Positions 1-14,000 of a stretch of 54,759 bases of DNA are shown one piece after another. The notes beneath the pieces were generated by a model. The model was given only the letters and a program-made list of their open reading frames with translations, made no database searches and was not told where the DNA came from. The DNA comes from Xylographa opegraphella (taxonomy: Eukaryota), in the NCBI GenBank assembly GCA_022813865.1, contig JALDZX010000027.1, positions 248,001-302,759 on the forward strand, written 5' to 3'. Numbering within the stretch: position 1 is the first letter of the stretch; each line of letters begins with the position of its first letter. Position numbers and translations under genes: made by a program.

Positions 1-1154
1 CTGTATCCTCCGGGAGACATACTCGCCTGCTCTTCTTGTGCGTCGTGCAGCAGCACGCCGTGCCGAGACCGCTAATCCCCGCTGGTGGTCACGATACGAC
101 CAGAAGCTGCCATTGATCGCTCTGCTCCGCGTCAACCTTTCGCGTCCCTTTGTCATGGCCGTCACAGAACCAATCTGCATCTTCTGGAACATTTATATCG
201 CCATCATTTACGGAATCTTGTACCTTTGCTTCGTTGCGTACCCAATCGTCTTCACGGAAATTCGTGGTTGGTCCGATGGATTCTCTGGTCTTGCATTTAC
301 TGGAGTAGGCATAGGCAGTCTATGCATCATTCTTCTGGAACCTCTTATTCGTCGGATGATCCAGTCTCATAAGAAAGACCCAGAGACGGGCGCAGTCACT
401 CCGGAAGCCATGGTGTCTATAGTTTGTATTGCTGCAGTGCTTGCTCCTGTCGGCGAACTTATCTTTGCCTGGACTTGCGCTCCACCTGTTCATGTGAGAA
501 AATTTCTTTGGCTATGCTTCTCCCCTTGCTATTCTGAAGAGAATTTCCAAGTTTGACGTTGCCAAAGTTGCCTACCCAGCTCCTTTTCAAACTTTTCAGC
601 CAAATTATGGGCTTTTTTTGTTCTACTCCAAGATATGAAGCTAATTTTCCATCACGCAGTGGGTCTGGCCGATACTCGCAGGCATTCCGTTTGGCGCTGG
701 CAACACTGGCGTCTTCATCTACGCCAGCAACTACCTCGCAGGCAGCTATGGTATCTACGCGGCCTCTGCCATGGCCGGCAACTCTGTCGTCCGCTCTTTC
801 CTTGGCGGAACACTGCCACTGGCCGGGCCAGCCATGTATCAGACCCTCGGACCCCACTGGGCAGGCACTCTGCTCGGCCTAGTGCAGGTGATCATCATCC
901 CGATCCCAGTAATATTTTACCGATACGGAGGACGCATTAGAGAGAAGAGCGCGTTGATCAGCAAGATGCAGCAGGACAAGGCACGGCTGGAAGGGAAGCG
1001 CGCAAAGGGAGGCAACGCCCACGCTGGAGACGTAGAGAAGGCAATGCAGGTAGAGGCCGAAGCGGGCATAGCAGGAGTGGAGGATAGGGAGCTGGAGATG
1101 GAGGTGGAGAGAGATGATATGGGGACCGAGGGTATGAGGAAGGAGATGAGCTGA
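1..1154 (+). CDS. MFS multidrug transporter, DHA1 family (5'-truncated by the window edge); exons <2-493, 660-1154
   Basis: ETYSPALL motif, RPFVMAVTEPI, several TM helices, YAASAMAGNSVVRS motif; intron 494-659 (GTGAGA...GCTAAT...CAG) joins PPVH to WVWPILAGIPFG in frame. Confidence 0.9.
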
Positions 1155-2037
1155 AAATTGGATAGAAAAAAAGCCGATGTGAGAAGGAAATGGAAAACAG
1201 TCTAGGATAAAATAACCTGATGAACCAAACCAAATTTTGTGGAAAAAAAGTCTGAAAAGAAAGGGGGCAATGCGTAGTATTTCGTAGGACTCCTCGGGGA
1301 GCAAAAAAGACGGCCAAACAGGGGCGTCCCGGAGCGGACCAAAAACTAACTCCGGCAGGTGACGTGCGCTATTTTCGCTAAGGGTTTCGAGCCCCGTAAG
1401 CGAGCGGGTAGAGCCGGGTACGGTATCTCCGACATCGAAACCACATGCACCGGCGAAATTGGCTCATATGTATGTGCAGAACTGGCTTTGAGGTTCCTGG
1501 CTTGGCTTCACCGACAGATTCATGAATCGAGGAGCTGGAGAGCTTTTTACAAAGTAATTGATGATGCGTGTGAGAGTAAGCTAAGCTGAGTCTGCCTCCC
1601 AGGCCCCCCACGGCCCGGGTTCAGGATCCTTCATCCATCTGCGTCAGGAAATCCCGTTGAGTAGCATAATATATTATTAGTAATTGATATGAAATCGCTT
1701 TTGGTCTATGGCCCCCCGGCCCCCCGCCCCATGTTTTCCTTTGCTGCTGTGTTCTTGCCTGCTGTAGCCGTCAATCCTTCACAGTGTTCGGCGGAATTCT
1801 CCGTTCCAGCAGACCCAGCGTGAGTGCATAATGATGGCACGTTACAACGCCTTGAACGCCCAGTGTTGCCCTTGAGTGAGATACGAGGAAGTGTCGATGC
1901 GACTTTATGAACCAATCGTATTATTCTCCGCTTGCGCCTTTGATTTTTCCCGCTTGCCTTGCCTTTCTTCGCCGGTAGAGCCTCTTGTTTTTCGAATCCT
2001 CCTACTCCTCATTTCTGACTGCAGGCCGTGCTATGAG

Positions 2038-2647
2038 TCAACGCCGCCGTTGCTGCACAGGTACCGGCTGGTTGATGTGCATGTCTTCCTTGGATACGTT
2101 GTGCGATGATTGCATGCGCTCCGCTGCCTGCTGTTCATATTGCCGGCTGAGGGATTTGAGATCTTCGATCTGGGACTGCGAAGGATAGTGTGAGTTTCAC
2201 GTAGACACGGATTGTAGATGAGGAAGAGAATAGAGAAGGAACATATAGCCACCTAAACAAAGAACGCAAGGGGAAGGCTTGCTCCGAGAAAATTCAAGGT
2301 GAGGGGGGCGCAACAGACACAATGTTACAGTATATCCCGCATAGCGGAATTTCAACATGAGAAGATAGATGCGAGGACTTTCGAGAAAGTATAAGATTCT
2401 AATAAAGAGAACATTTAAATGAGAGTATAACAAGCAATGTCGAAATAGAAACCGCAAATCGTACTCTTGTCAATGTTTGCCCGGGTGCAGTCACTAAATA
2501 GCCCTCACGGCCTTGATAGCTGTACGGCCGCACCGAAGCGTACGGCCCCAAATAAAATTGTATGTGTGAGAAGATGATATGCCGAGATATCGACCAGCCA
2601 GGCACGAAGTATTGTTTGTACTCAGACGAGGTTGATGATGAAGGCAT
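2038..2647 (-). CDS. Small conserved fungal protein, RfeG-like domain (~106 aa); exons 2647-2465, 2175-2038
   Basis: YFVPGWSISRHIIFSHIQFYLGPYASVRPYSYQGREGYLVTA...TLTR spliced (GTACGA...CAG, 289 nt) to SQIEDLKSLSRQYEQQAAERM; pattern resembles the RfeG domain (YFVP..GI.R.VI...I..YLG..A.VRP...GY.I.A...LT...I.DL). Confidence 0.7.
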
Positions 2648-4516
2648 TGTTAAATATGGGGAAAACTGACAGTAAAGGCGCAAGACCAGGAGGAGTAGAA
2701 GAAGGAGGAGGAGATGCTATGCTGAGGATAAATGCGCGGACGTAAAGACATTTATAGAAAGGCGTGAAGTTCACTTCGGGGGTTACATTTGCCTCAGTTG
2801 GTACACGGTGAGCCTCCTATCGTAAATAAGTTAATTGTGCTAGTGAATTGAGTTAGTATGGTTGTCCGTCGCAACGTGTTCATTTTCTTTATCACGGCCA
2901 TTCACAGTATATAGCCGAAGCAAGGCAGCCACAGACCTGAATGAGCGCCCATCACTTAGCAAGTCGTCCGTTCAGAACAGTGATGTTTACCGAAGAGCTT
3001 CAAAGGGCTTTCTTGACCCGGCTTGGCGGAATCACTTAATCTTACCCTAGCGCCTTGGGGTTCATTAGTCGATCGCCCCTCAGCCTCACTGTTGCCCTGT
3101 TTAATAGTACAATCACTTGACGCCAACGATTTTCCCAAAAAGAGATATGACGATACATTGTCGTATCGCAGAGACCAATCGGAGCAGCTGACTTCACGCT
3201 TACTACAGTGTACCAGAAGTTGACCTGCATTAGAGGTACACAGGCACGGAGTGCCTCGCGCCAGGGAGGTTGCCTTTTTCAATAATCGGAACGACTAACT
3301 CCAAATTAGGTATCGTTGTCTATAGACTCAGGCTTGCCTTACATGCAAAGCTGCGGCTCAATCTTCTAGTGGGTCCTTAAATACGGGTGCGCTCACAAAT
3401 TATCTACCTTACCCTTTCCCTTTCTTCCCAATCTAATGCACGATCTTCACATTTGAGTCAAGGTTCATCGAAACGATAGGCACCGAAGACCGTGGAAAGA
3501 CGAGGCTTTCCAGCTGTAATTACTTTCCACTATGAGAGGTGGTTCATTAATGGCATGTCAACGATATGTTCAGAACGTTCGTCAGAATGGGGATTGCTCT
3601 GTGCAGATTCGACCTCAGTCATGCTTAGCTACGATCGAAGGGGCTGGGTAGCGTTTGGAGCTACGATAGGACTCATCCTACCTACCTTACTGGCCTACTA
3701 TCAGCAATCGGTCTTTATCATGAACTCTTGCTAGGTTGAAACTCTGTATTCCAAATCATTGGCAGTGAATCTCGATTCTGACCGCTTCGTTTCTTCCCCA
3801 CACAAGTAGCTAGCCATTAACGTTGTTCAAAAGACTGTCGAATCACTTTTCGAAGAAACCGCCGACCCCACTTATTCATGATTTGATTGAACGAGTACTG
3901 GCTGTATTACAGGCTAATCGCAACACTAAGGTAGGCAGGCATAACCGGAGACCACTACAGCGGCGATCGCAAGTGAACTTGCTTTGAGAATTGGGAATTC
4001 ATTGCATCGCAAACGCTCATCCGCTCAACTCAATTGCACGCCTCGAGCACGCCTCACCGTACTCGCCAGTCCAGCGAGAACAACGGGCCATCACATACAC
4101 AATCCGCAACGCTCACATGGCCAGCGTTATCGGGAGCTTCGAAATACGGTTACGATCGCAAGTTTTGTGAAGCAATGGGTCCAAGATAAAGAGAGAAACG
4201 AGGCAAGCCGTGCAGAATGCCCTTAGGTATGACACAATTGGGACACCTGAGACCTGCGAATACGGTGTTACATGCCGGTCTCGTCTCGCTCACCCGACAT
4301 GACGCAGAGAGGGCTCCTGACGGTAGGTTGAAGTGATCGAACAAGTAGTGGCACATGAATGAGCTTGTCTAGACGGAGCATTGCATGTCATGGTCATATT
4401 TGGCCAGGCTCATTCCTATTCATGCCTCTAGAAGGACTGAAGGAACGGATCTTTAGTATCTTCTGAACATCATATTCTCGTATCATTTCATATCCTCAAT
4501 TCCCCCATATCCTCGA

Positions 4517-5653
4517 TTATTCTGGCGGTACATATGGATGAATTAGCATATCGCTGAAACTGTGGTAATTATAGAATGTCAGCAGGCATCAACATTTGGA
4601 AAACTCTTCGTAATGCTGACCTTTCGAGTTTTGCCTTTCCTCTTACTTCCTCGACCAGCAAAGGCATTTTCACCACATTGAACTCGTCGTAAAGCTCATC
4701 GATCTGATCCAGATACTTCTTCTGCATCTTCCGCCGCGCATTACATTGCTCGCAATGGTTGCTGGTTCTCGGAAAGAGCAGCTGATTCACAACGATACTG
4801 TGCGTGTCAATCTCGTATTTATTTAATTCCTGAATTAAGCGCTCCGTCTCATACAATGATAAGAACTCTGGGATGCAAACACAGACAAAGGTTGTCATGT
4901 CGGGGTTTTTGAACTGTACGTTCACCTCACCAATGGTTTCGCGGAGTGATTCCATTTTCTGCAACAGGTCATCAAGATTCTGACCTCCAGGAAGGCCTCC
5001 GCGAGCACCAATCACCGAATTCAGCATAGGTCCGAACTGGGTTGATAGCTGTGACAGCTTCGCAAGCGCCTTTTCCAACACTGTCGGAAATTGCAGGAAT
5101 CGTAGTGTATGGCCTGTAGGTGCGGTGTCGAAGATGATAGTCTCATACGACAGAGACTTTACCTGCTTCAAGACTTCCGCGAATGACATGGCTTCATCCA
5201 CACCAGGTATCTATAACCCATCGTTAGCATATGAAATTCACTCGGTTCCTGCATTTATCCCCTTACACTAAATGCAAGGTCCTGCATCATCCCGCCCATA
5301 CCACCCATCCCTGCCATTGCCTCCTCAGCGCCTTCTCCGCCTTCTTTTAGTAAATCCTGGATGCTACCATTCGGATCAATCTCCATGGCGCTTAGATTTG
5401 TGAAACCGTCTATTAACCGCGCCTCCTTCCCAAACTTCTGACTGAAGGCATCGCTGAGATTATGCGCCGGGTCCGTCGATATGAGAAGCACGGATTTGCG
5501 AACCTTGGCGAGTTGAATGGCCAAAGAGCACGAGGTTGTTGTTTTGCCGACTCCACCTTTTCCACCGACAAAGATCCAGCGTAGTGTCTTTTGATCGAGT
5601 ATGGATTGGAGGGTGGGTTCGAGAGTGTCTGCGTCGACGACAGCGGTAGACAT
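4517..5653 (-). CDS. GET3: ArsA/GET3 ATPase (tail-anchored protein targeting); exons 5653-5267, 5210-4621, 4559-4517
   Basis: Deviant P-loop [38 protein letters not shown] zinc motif; both introns have canonical splice signals. Confidence 0.97.
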
Positions 5654-6168
5654 CGTCCGGTGAAAGGAATATTCGATACTGTAATTGAGCTGCTCAGTTT
5701 GTGGTGCTATCCAACTAGCAGACAATGTAACCTAATGATCAATGCTCCAAGATCCGCTTAGGGCCTTCCTCGTTATGCCTCCAAAGCTTACGATTTTACC
5801 GTAGAGCGATCCCTTGTGCAAGGTTGACTGGAGTCGGTTAGCCATATTCCGCAAAACAATATTGCAGGTAAGGTGCCTTACTTACAACAGGTAACGCTAG
5901 TTAATCAAATTCTTGGCATCTGGTTTGTCTTCTTAAAGAATCCTAATTACCTGTGGAGCTCCTACTATAGTAGTTGGGCGTAGATATTGTTTCACGAAGA
6001 TGACGTAGCGGCTGCCAGCGACCCCTGTCGGAATTCTGGACCCGATAAGGTAAGGTATCCTATCGATACACAAGCTTCTGGCGTATAGTTATTCCATTTC
6101 CGAGAACCTGAAAACTTCCAGATGGGCACACAACGAATAGACATCCTTGCCAATCACCACAGCACATC

Positions 6169-8152
6169 ATGGACAACGTTGACTTAAAATCTAAGAAGCG
6201 CAAGAGAAAGCATCACGGGTTGCTTGATGAGCAAACAGTGCTTCTTCCGGCTGCCGGCAATACAGTAGTCGCCGACATTTCACACAAAACTTCTCAGGAA
6301 AGTTCGTTTGTGCAGAACAAGCGAAAGAAGATACAAGATGAGAATGGAGTAGATGAGGGCGAGAGCTCCTCTTCTCCACAAGCGAAGCCTTCCTCTATCA
6401 ATGGTACCCCACTAATAGAAGATCGCGAAGTCTTGTCCGAAGTAGGGGAGGATGGACAAGCAATTGGTGACACGAATAAAGTTATGGACGAATTGGATGG
6501 AGTTGATTTGCCCTCAAAATCGACGTTGGCTCTACCATCTATTGGTCCGGCTCCTCAAAAATTCTCGGACCTTGATTTATCTAGCAAGACCATGCAAGCT
6601 ATTGAAGACATGAAGTTTGAGACCATGACAGAGATACAGCAAAGGGGCATACCACCACTAATGGCAGGAAGAGACGTGCTTGGAGCTGCAAAGACTGGAT
6701 CTGGCAAGACGCTGGCTTTCTTGATTCCAGCCGTAGAAATGTTGAGCGCGCTGCGCTTCAAACCTCGAAACGGCACGTTTCTCAGCACGTCTCTGGATCG
6801 CGATGCTAATTGAGATCCAGGCACTGGTGTTATCGTCGTCTCTCCAACTCGAGAGCTAGCACTGCAGATCTTCGGAGTCGCTCGCGAGCTCATGGCCCAC
6901 CACTCCCAGACCTACGGCATAGTGATTGGCGGTGCAAATAGACGAGCTGAAGCTGAGAAGCTCGCGAAGGGGGTGAATTTGCTAATAGCTACACCAGGAA
7001 GGCTTCTGGATCATTTGCAGAATACTCAAGGCTTCATCTACAAAAACATCAAGGCCCTGATCATTGATGAGGCAGACAGAATACTGGAAGTTGGATTTGA
7101 GGATGAGATGAAGCAGATCGTCAAAGTGCTTCCTAAAGATGAACGCCAGACAATGCTTTTTTCTGCAACTCAGACAACAAAGGTCGAAGACTTAGCACGT
7201 ATATCTTTGAGACCTGGACCATTATACATAAATGTGGATCATCATAAAGAACATAGTACTGTGGAAGGTTTGGAGCAGGGATATGTTGTCTGCGATTCGG
7301 ACAAGCGGTTTCTTCTTTTATTTTCGTTTTTGAAGCGAAACATGAAGAAAAAGATTATCGTGTTTTTCTCGAGCTGCAACTGCGTCAAATATCATTCGGA
7401 ACTGCTAAACTATATCGACCTTCCGGTTCTTGATCTGCACGGGAAACAAAAACAGCAGAAACGTACCAACACCTTTTTCGAGTTCTGCAATGCCAAACAA
7501 GGAACACTCATATGCACGGACGTGGCTGCACGGGGGCTTGATGTGAGTGACATTGAGGCTGCCAACACGTGAAATGTGCTAATTAGCCAGATTCCTGCCG
7601 TTGATTGGATTGTGCAATTTGACCCCCCAGATGATCCTCGTGACTACATACATCGTGTAGGACGTACAGCACGAGGCTCGGGCGGGAAGGGCAGGAGTTT
7701 AATGTTTCTTCAACCATCGGAGGTAGGCTTTCTTAAACATCTGAAGGAAGCTCGAGTTCCAGTAGTGGAGTTCGACTTTCCAGCAAAACGAATAGTGAAT
7801 GTCCAATCACAGCTCGAGAAGCTGATAGGGCAGAACTATTATCTCAACAAGGTAAACTTCTCTCTTTCCAATCTACGAGGACCTGTACTGATGAAATTTA
7901 CCAAAGTCTGCAAAGGATGGCTATCGCTCTTATCTTCAGGCTTATGCCTCACATAGTCTGCGTTCTATTTTTGATGTTAACAAGCTCGACCTCGTAAAAG
8001 TGGCCAAGAGCTTTGGTTTCCAGACACCGCCTCGGATCGATATCCAATTGGGAGCAAGTATGAGCCGTGACAAGAAGAAAGATGGAAGACGAGCATACGG
8101 AAGCCAGCCGAAGCAAGGTCAGAGCTTCCACAAGAGGCAGCGAGGCTCATGA
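6169..8152 (+). CDS. HAS1: ATP-dependent DEAD-box RNA helicase Has1; exons 6169-6772, 6821-7542, 7591-7851, 7907-8152
   Basis: [49 protein letters not shown] and the Has1 C-terminal [11 protein letters not shown]; intron 1 is GC-AG. Confidence 0.96.
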
Positions 8153-11044
8153 GATCACTATCTTGTGCAACAAAGAATTGCCGCCGTTGTGCACTGTTGG
8201 GTATGTCATTGAAGTGCTACGAAATGGCCGAGGCTCATTACATTGGACGTAAGCTTTCCCGCTTTATACCTCTCTTGGAGATCGAGTTTGCTGATCAATC
8301 TCGACTACATAGGATTCTTGTTTGTCGGTTAACACGAAGTACGTTGCGTTTGCCGGGTACCTCGTGGACTAAATGCTTGTTAAAATCACTTTCCGAGAAT
8401 CTTAAGGCTGGTACCAGGCAGCAACGGTCGAGCTTGGTTCTGCTCCTGGCCAGATGCAAAGTGTTTCTACAAATACTTGGGGCATTTATACCATAATCTG
8501 AGTTCTATTAAAAGGCGTGATGTCACCGCCGCGTAGGTATATTGTGGGGATGGGAAATCGGAGGCGATTTCGGGGCGAGGAGGTTGGGCACTGGTCAATA
8601 GAGGCCATTGGGGAGAATGTGCGCTATGCATGGACGAGCGTTTCGCTTGGCGTGGCCATTCCCAGCTCATGTTATGTGCATACCAAACCTCTCCCTGCCC
8701 TATCTTGAGTGATTGTATGTGATGACGACTCGAGCTCCCATACTTGTCGCTAGTAGTGATATGATCCTAAGTCGCCTTTTGAGGGAGTGTTCCAAAGGCG
8801 TTTCTCCAGATCGGGCCTCTTTGACCCTGTTCAGCCGACGGTTTTGGGAAGATTGTGAGACGAGTTTGATTCCCTTAGTCGTCTCGCATATGATTCAGAG
8901 GTTGATATGGAGGAAACCAAGAATATTTGGACTCATAGACTTTGTATTGATTCATTGATTCATTCGTACGTCGCTAGACCTAAGTAGGCTATGTGTGTTA
9001 TGTTCCGGATCTTTCGCCACTACGATGGCGACATAGTATATGGAATATCCATCTTCTCATTTTGACGCGGTCTTTACACCCCGTTTTTGGGCCCTTTGTC
9101 TCCACCGTCTTCTCGGAAACCGTTAGCAATCTAGTAGCCAGTTCAAGTAGCTTCTGTAGTTTCGTCCAAGTTTACTACCTTAACAAAGTCTCCGTGACTA
9201 TTATATTTCCCTTCCGACCATAACAGCTCACTGCGGTCGGTAACCAAAACGTGGCAGTTCAGTACAACACATTACAGTCTGCTCCGCCGTTCCGTATACG
9301 CACAAACGTAAGTTGGATCCTGGGACCTGTCCAATCCTGCCGGATTATTATCTTCATTAGTAAGGACCTATCGGCCTTCTTAGGAATTTTGTGAATCTTG
9401 AGATGTTGTCTTTTTTTGTTTCGGCGAGTGCCGGATACCCCAGCTCTCGCCTCTCCTCCCTATCACCCTCCCACATTGCCACCCATTTATCTTGAGTCCA
9501 CCCCTGGGTCCAGGCATATAGACCTCGTATTCAGCTTCAGTAACCAACGCTGTATGAGAGGTGCTATCGTATGTTCTAGCTGCTTCCTAACCAATTACGC
9601 GTGCACTGATGAGAAATTTGCATGAAATGCTATGCGTTCCCAGGACTTGTAAAATTCTATTTCTCTTGCTTCGCATTTTTATCCAAGGCCATTAGTGTCA
9701 TTGAAAGATTATGATGCGCTTCAACCGTTTGAGGGCATCATTCTAGTGCCCAACCAGGACACCTGTGATTCGAGGTACTATTCACGTTTGACTGACCGTG
9801 AGTACAAGATCTTCAGGGATATCAGATAGTATGCATCCACAGGCCTAGCCGGGCAGCCGTAACGATCGTCGTGACTGGCTCTGCGTAGCAAGAGCTTTTG
9901 GGCGTATCCAAGGTTGCCTAAACATTATTATATTTCAGATTTTCCGAAGGACAACGTTTTTGGTGCTTGTGAAGCTCCATGAAGAGCATTCCGACTGTTG
10001 TGTACTTAGGTATAAGGACTTCCCATGATGCCAGCCAAGTGTGCAGGGTGTGAGCAAAATATGCATACTTCCGCTGAGACGTAGGAAATTCTAGGATCTG
10101 CGAGAATGTCAGCAAGTAGAAGAGTAGGGCTGGACCTAATATAACGCTAAAACTGCTCGTTGAGTGCATTCACCCAAGATCATTAGTGGTCAGATTTCTG
10201 GATAGCAAGTCACATATCGTGATTTGGGTGGCTACCTCGTCCATCCCTTTATCTCCCACAGTTCACAAAGCATAGCCTTGTGCAGATCAAGAACAATGTG
10301 TGCGAGGAGAGCAGACGTTGTTGGAAAGAAGATATCAAGTAGTTGCTTCCGTACTTCTAAGGTGAATTCCAGTTTCAGTTTAGCGTCAGCCGTGGTAAAC
10401 AACATTTGCGCAACATTCAACCACAGGCAGAACTACGTTTTCATAGTTGGTGGCATATTGATCTCAAAGGATTTTATTCTTCAAACGAGTTTGAAGATTT
10501 TGCTGCAGCAGATTCAAATGTGGCTCTTGTTTTGCCGCTGTTTCATCTACTTTCACTTTTCATTCGTTCGAATACGGAGTACCACCACATCCGAAGACAA
10601 CGACAATACCCATTTTGATTCTAGGCATGAAGGGCGTCTCATGAAAGACCATGAGAAGCTTCTGCAGCGTCCCAAGCGTGTCACATTCTCCTTTTCAGCA
10701 CCTTGCGGCCGTGTGATAAGCCAATGCCCTTATCAGTATATGAGCGGCCAGCCGCTAAGATGTGTTTTCTTTGCATTGACTTGCACTTTCATGCGCTCAT
10801 GAATGTCGTAAACCACGCGAGACTCCTAGTTCCGGCTTTTGTTGGCGTTGCTGAGGCTCCATGGCACGGCCATGTTGATAGCCTTACAACATTCTGCAAC
10901 TCAAACTCAAAGCTAAGGATACAAAAACATGCTTCAGAAGCATGAGAGCTGTGACAGCCATGGGTCTGTGTAGCTCTTATCCTCGTATAATACTTGGCAT
11001 TGCCCTTGGCATTTTTACTTGGAAGCCGTTTATCCCCATTCAGC

Positions 11045-14000
11045 ATGATTGTTCCAATCAACCTAAAGGATACCTACATATTAATAAACGAGTCATCGTT
11101 AAACTCGGTTGAAAAAGCCGCATTTCTCTCATTTTGTCAGAATGTTATTGATCTACCCTCAAGTAATGCCGCTTCTCATATATTAGCTAATATACCTTTA
11201 TCTCGAGAAGCTTCGTATATACCTCTCGCATGTTTTAGTTTTGCTCTTTCCAGGTACCCGGGGCAATGGCCTGTGTTCGATATCATTTGCTGTCATGCGA
11301 GGCTATGGCATGCTCTACCAGAGGACGGCAAGTCTGGGCATGATTCAGAGAACGCCTATATTGCCGAAACCGCTTTGGAGCTGGTCAAAGCTTCATACCG
11401 TGGCCTAACAGATCTGTTGCCTTACGAGAACGAAAAACCTGCGATCAAGGAACCACAGAGCCAAGGCTGTATAACGCATCGGACGCTTGCCAATTTTGTA
11501 CACAACTTCAATCTTCCTATCCATACATACGGTAAGAGGAAGCCAATAATAGTCGTTGCTCTTCCAAACGGTTCTCTGCTAGGATTGGCATGTCTAGCCG
11601 TTGCGACGTACTATACTGCGGTACCCCTCAACCCTTCCAGTGGAGCAGATCAGTTCCGGAGTGATGTTCAGCAAAGCGAGGCAAAAACTGTACTTGTTTC
11701 CAGGATAGACATAAAAAGACTCGGGCTAGAAGAAAAGTGGGTGACCGAGTGTGGAATTCAGATTCTTGCTGTGGAAGCCAATTCAGATCTGACTTTCAGT
11801 GTCACGCCATTAGTGACACCGGCTGCTTCTTTCCAAAGCTCTAGAACAATTAATGGCCCAGACGATCTCTGTCTTATCCTATTCACCAGTGGGACGAGTG
11901 GGACTAAGAAGCTCGTCCCTCTCTCATTGCATAATATTGCTTCCGGAGTCGCTTTCGTGATCGAGTCGTGGGGACTAACTGATGCAGATGTTTGTCTGAA
12001 TATGATGCCCCTAAACCATGTGTAAGCTCGCTTTGTTCGTCACTCTTCTCTCCAACTGATTTTAAGACAGGGGAGGACTTATTCGAAACCTCTTTGCTCC
12101 TATACTGGCAGGAGGCTCTACAGTATGCTGTCCGGCCTTTGATCCTAATCTTTTTTGGGATGTAGTCGAAGAGCAAAATCCCACATGGTACTATGCTTCG
12201 CCTTCAATGCACTCAATGATCCTAGCGGAGGTGACAGATCGTGGCGAAGCTCTTTCTAGAAGTCAGATACGACTCGTGTGCAATGCAGCAGGTGGCCTCC
12301 TCCCCTCGTTGGCTTCGCAGCTTCGTACAACATTCGGGTGTGTTGTTCTCCCTAGCTACGGGATGACTGAATGTATGCCTATATCAACCCCTCCATTGAG
12401 CTATCAGCTAGATCGGCCAGGGACATCGGGCTTGAGCGTTGGGCCCGAGATTGTGATCCTTGATGTTGGCGGTCATCGTCTTCGAAACTCAGAAGTTGGC
12501 CGTATTGGGGTCCGTGGTCCAGCGGTCTTTCCTGGCTATCTCAAATCCGGCCACCTTGATACAAGCATATTTACAGAGGACTTTTGGTTTGACACAGGAG
12601 ATATGGGCTATCTCGACGCAGATGGTTACCTCTACCTGACTGGAAGAAATAAAGAGGTCGTGAATCGTGGAGGAGAGCTTATATCGCCATATGAGGTGGA
12701 AGAGGCGATCATGGTGGCATCTCAAACTCCAGACTCGCCAATCTACAATCGTGTCTCCGAAGTCTTGGTGTTCTCCGCTCCGCACAATATTTTACAGGAA
12801 GTTGTTGGCGTTGTTATCGTTACTCCGCCTAATACGCCTCGACCGGATTTGAGACAGCTCCACGAAGCGCTGAAATGCTCTCTACACCAACCTAAGTGGC
12901 CCTACATCATTGTCTATATGGACAATGTGCCTAAGAAAAACAATAAGCTGCTTCGGCTGGGGCTTGGTGAGCGTTTGGGCTTTCACCCTTTAACAGATGA
13001 CATGACTTTAACAGACCGTCATTTACAAGCCCTGTGCCCACCTCCAGACACTTCTCTGAGCGAGTCGATTGAGATGTCGGTGGTACCCTTAAACCTGGAT
13101 ATACTTGCTACTCTGATTATGCAGCGGTTGACATCAGCTTTTCGTGTTTATGTTTGCAGAAGTGAGCAACATGGGCTACCAGAGGTCACAATATCGACCC
13201 AGAAGCACAAGCCTGGTTTTGTCGCTGTTCACGGAGAGCTTTCTATGGTTTCGGAAGGACTGTATGACTCTTTGGATGGATATTTAATACCAAGCAGCAT
13301 CAATTATATCGACTGTCCGCTTCCACTGAACGAACAAGGCCTAGTCGACAAAAGTAAGCTGGATATCATTCTGAAGGATCAAAGTTCTTCAAACCTGAGC
13401 TCCGACATATCTTCAATCGAGAACAAGATCAGATGCATATACGGCACAATTCTATCCTGTTCGCCTAATGATCTTTCTGCACAGTCCGATTTCTTCGAAA
13501 TGGGAGGCGACAGTCTTAAGGCTGGTAGACTTTTATCCCAACTTCGTAAGGAATTTCAAATTCGAATTCCGATCGGGACCCTCTTTCAGAAAAGCCGTGT
13601 GGAAGAGCTTGCTCAGATCGTCAATAATAACCTGTCACAACAACCACAAGCACCCACATATTCTCCAAATTCGATTGCTCTGCCAGGATGTCAGGACACC
13701 TACAGCTCAACCAACACACTCCTACTTATAATTCAATTATTACCTCTGGTAATACTCTATCCTATGAAGCGTTCCTTGAAGTGGACATTTTTCCTGTACA
13801 TGTTAAGCTATACCACAACTGTTTGGCCATGGCAGACTACGATGCTTGAGCGATTCATCAATCTCTTGGTTACCATGATTGTTTCGAAAGTGGCAACCCA
13901 GATCTGTGCTCCAATACTAGCAATTGCCACAAAATGGCTTGTGATTGGTCGATACAAAGAAGGTATGTATCCGATGTGGGGTCCATATCACACTCGATGG

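Noticed and set aside
9918..10802. ORFs and a branch-point/acceptor-like motif (GCTGAC...CAG, minus strand ~10100) upstream of the synthetase
   Set aside because: No consistent in-frame exon chain or recognisable protein; at most a decayed remnant
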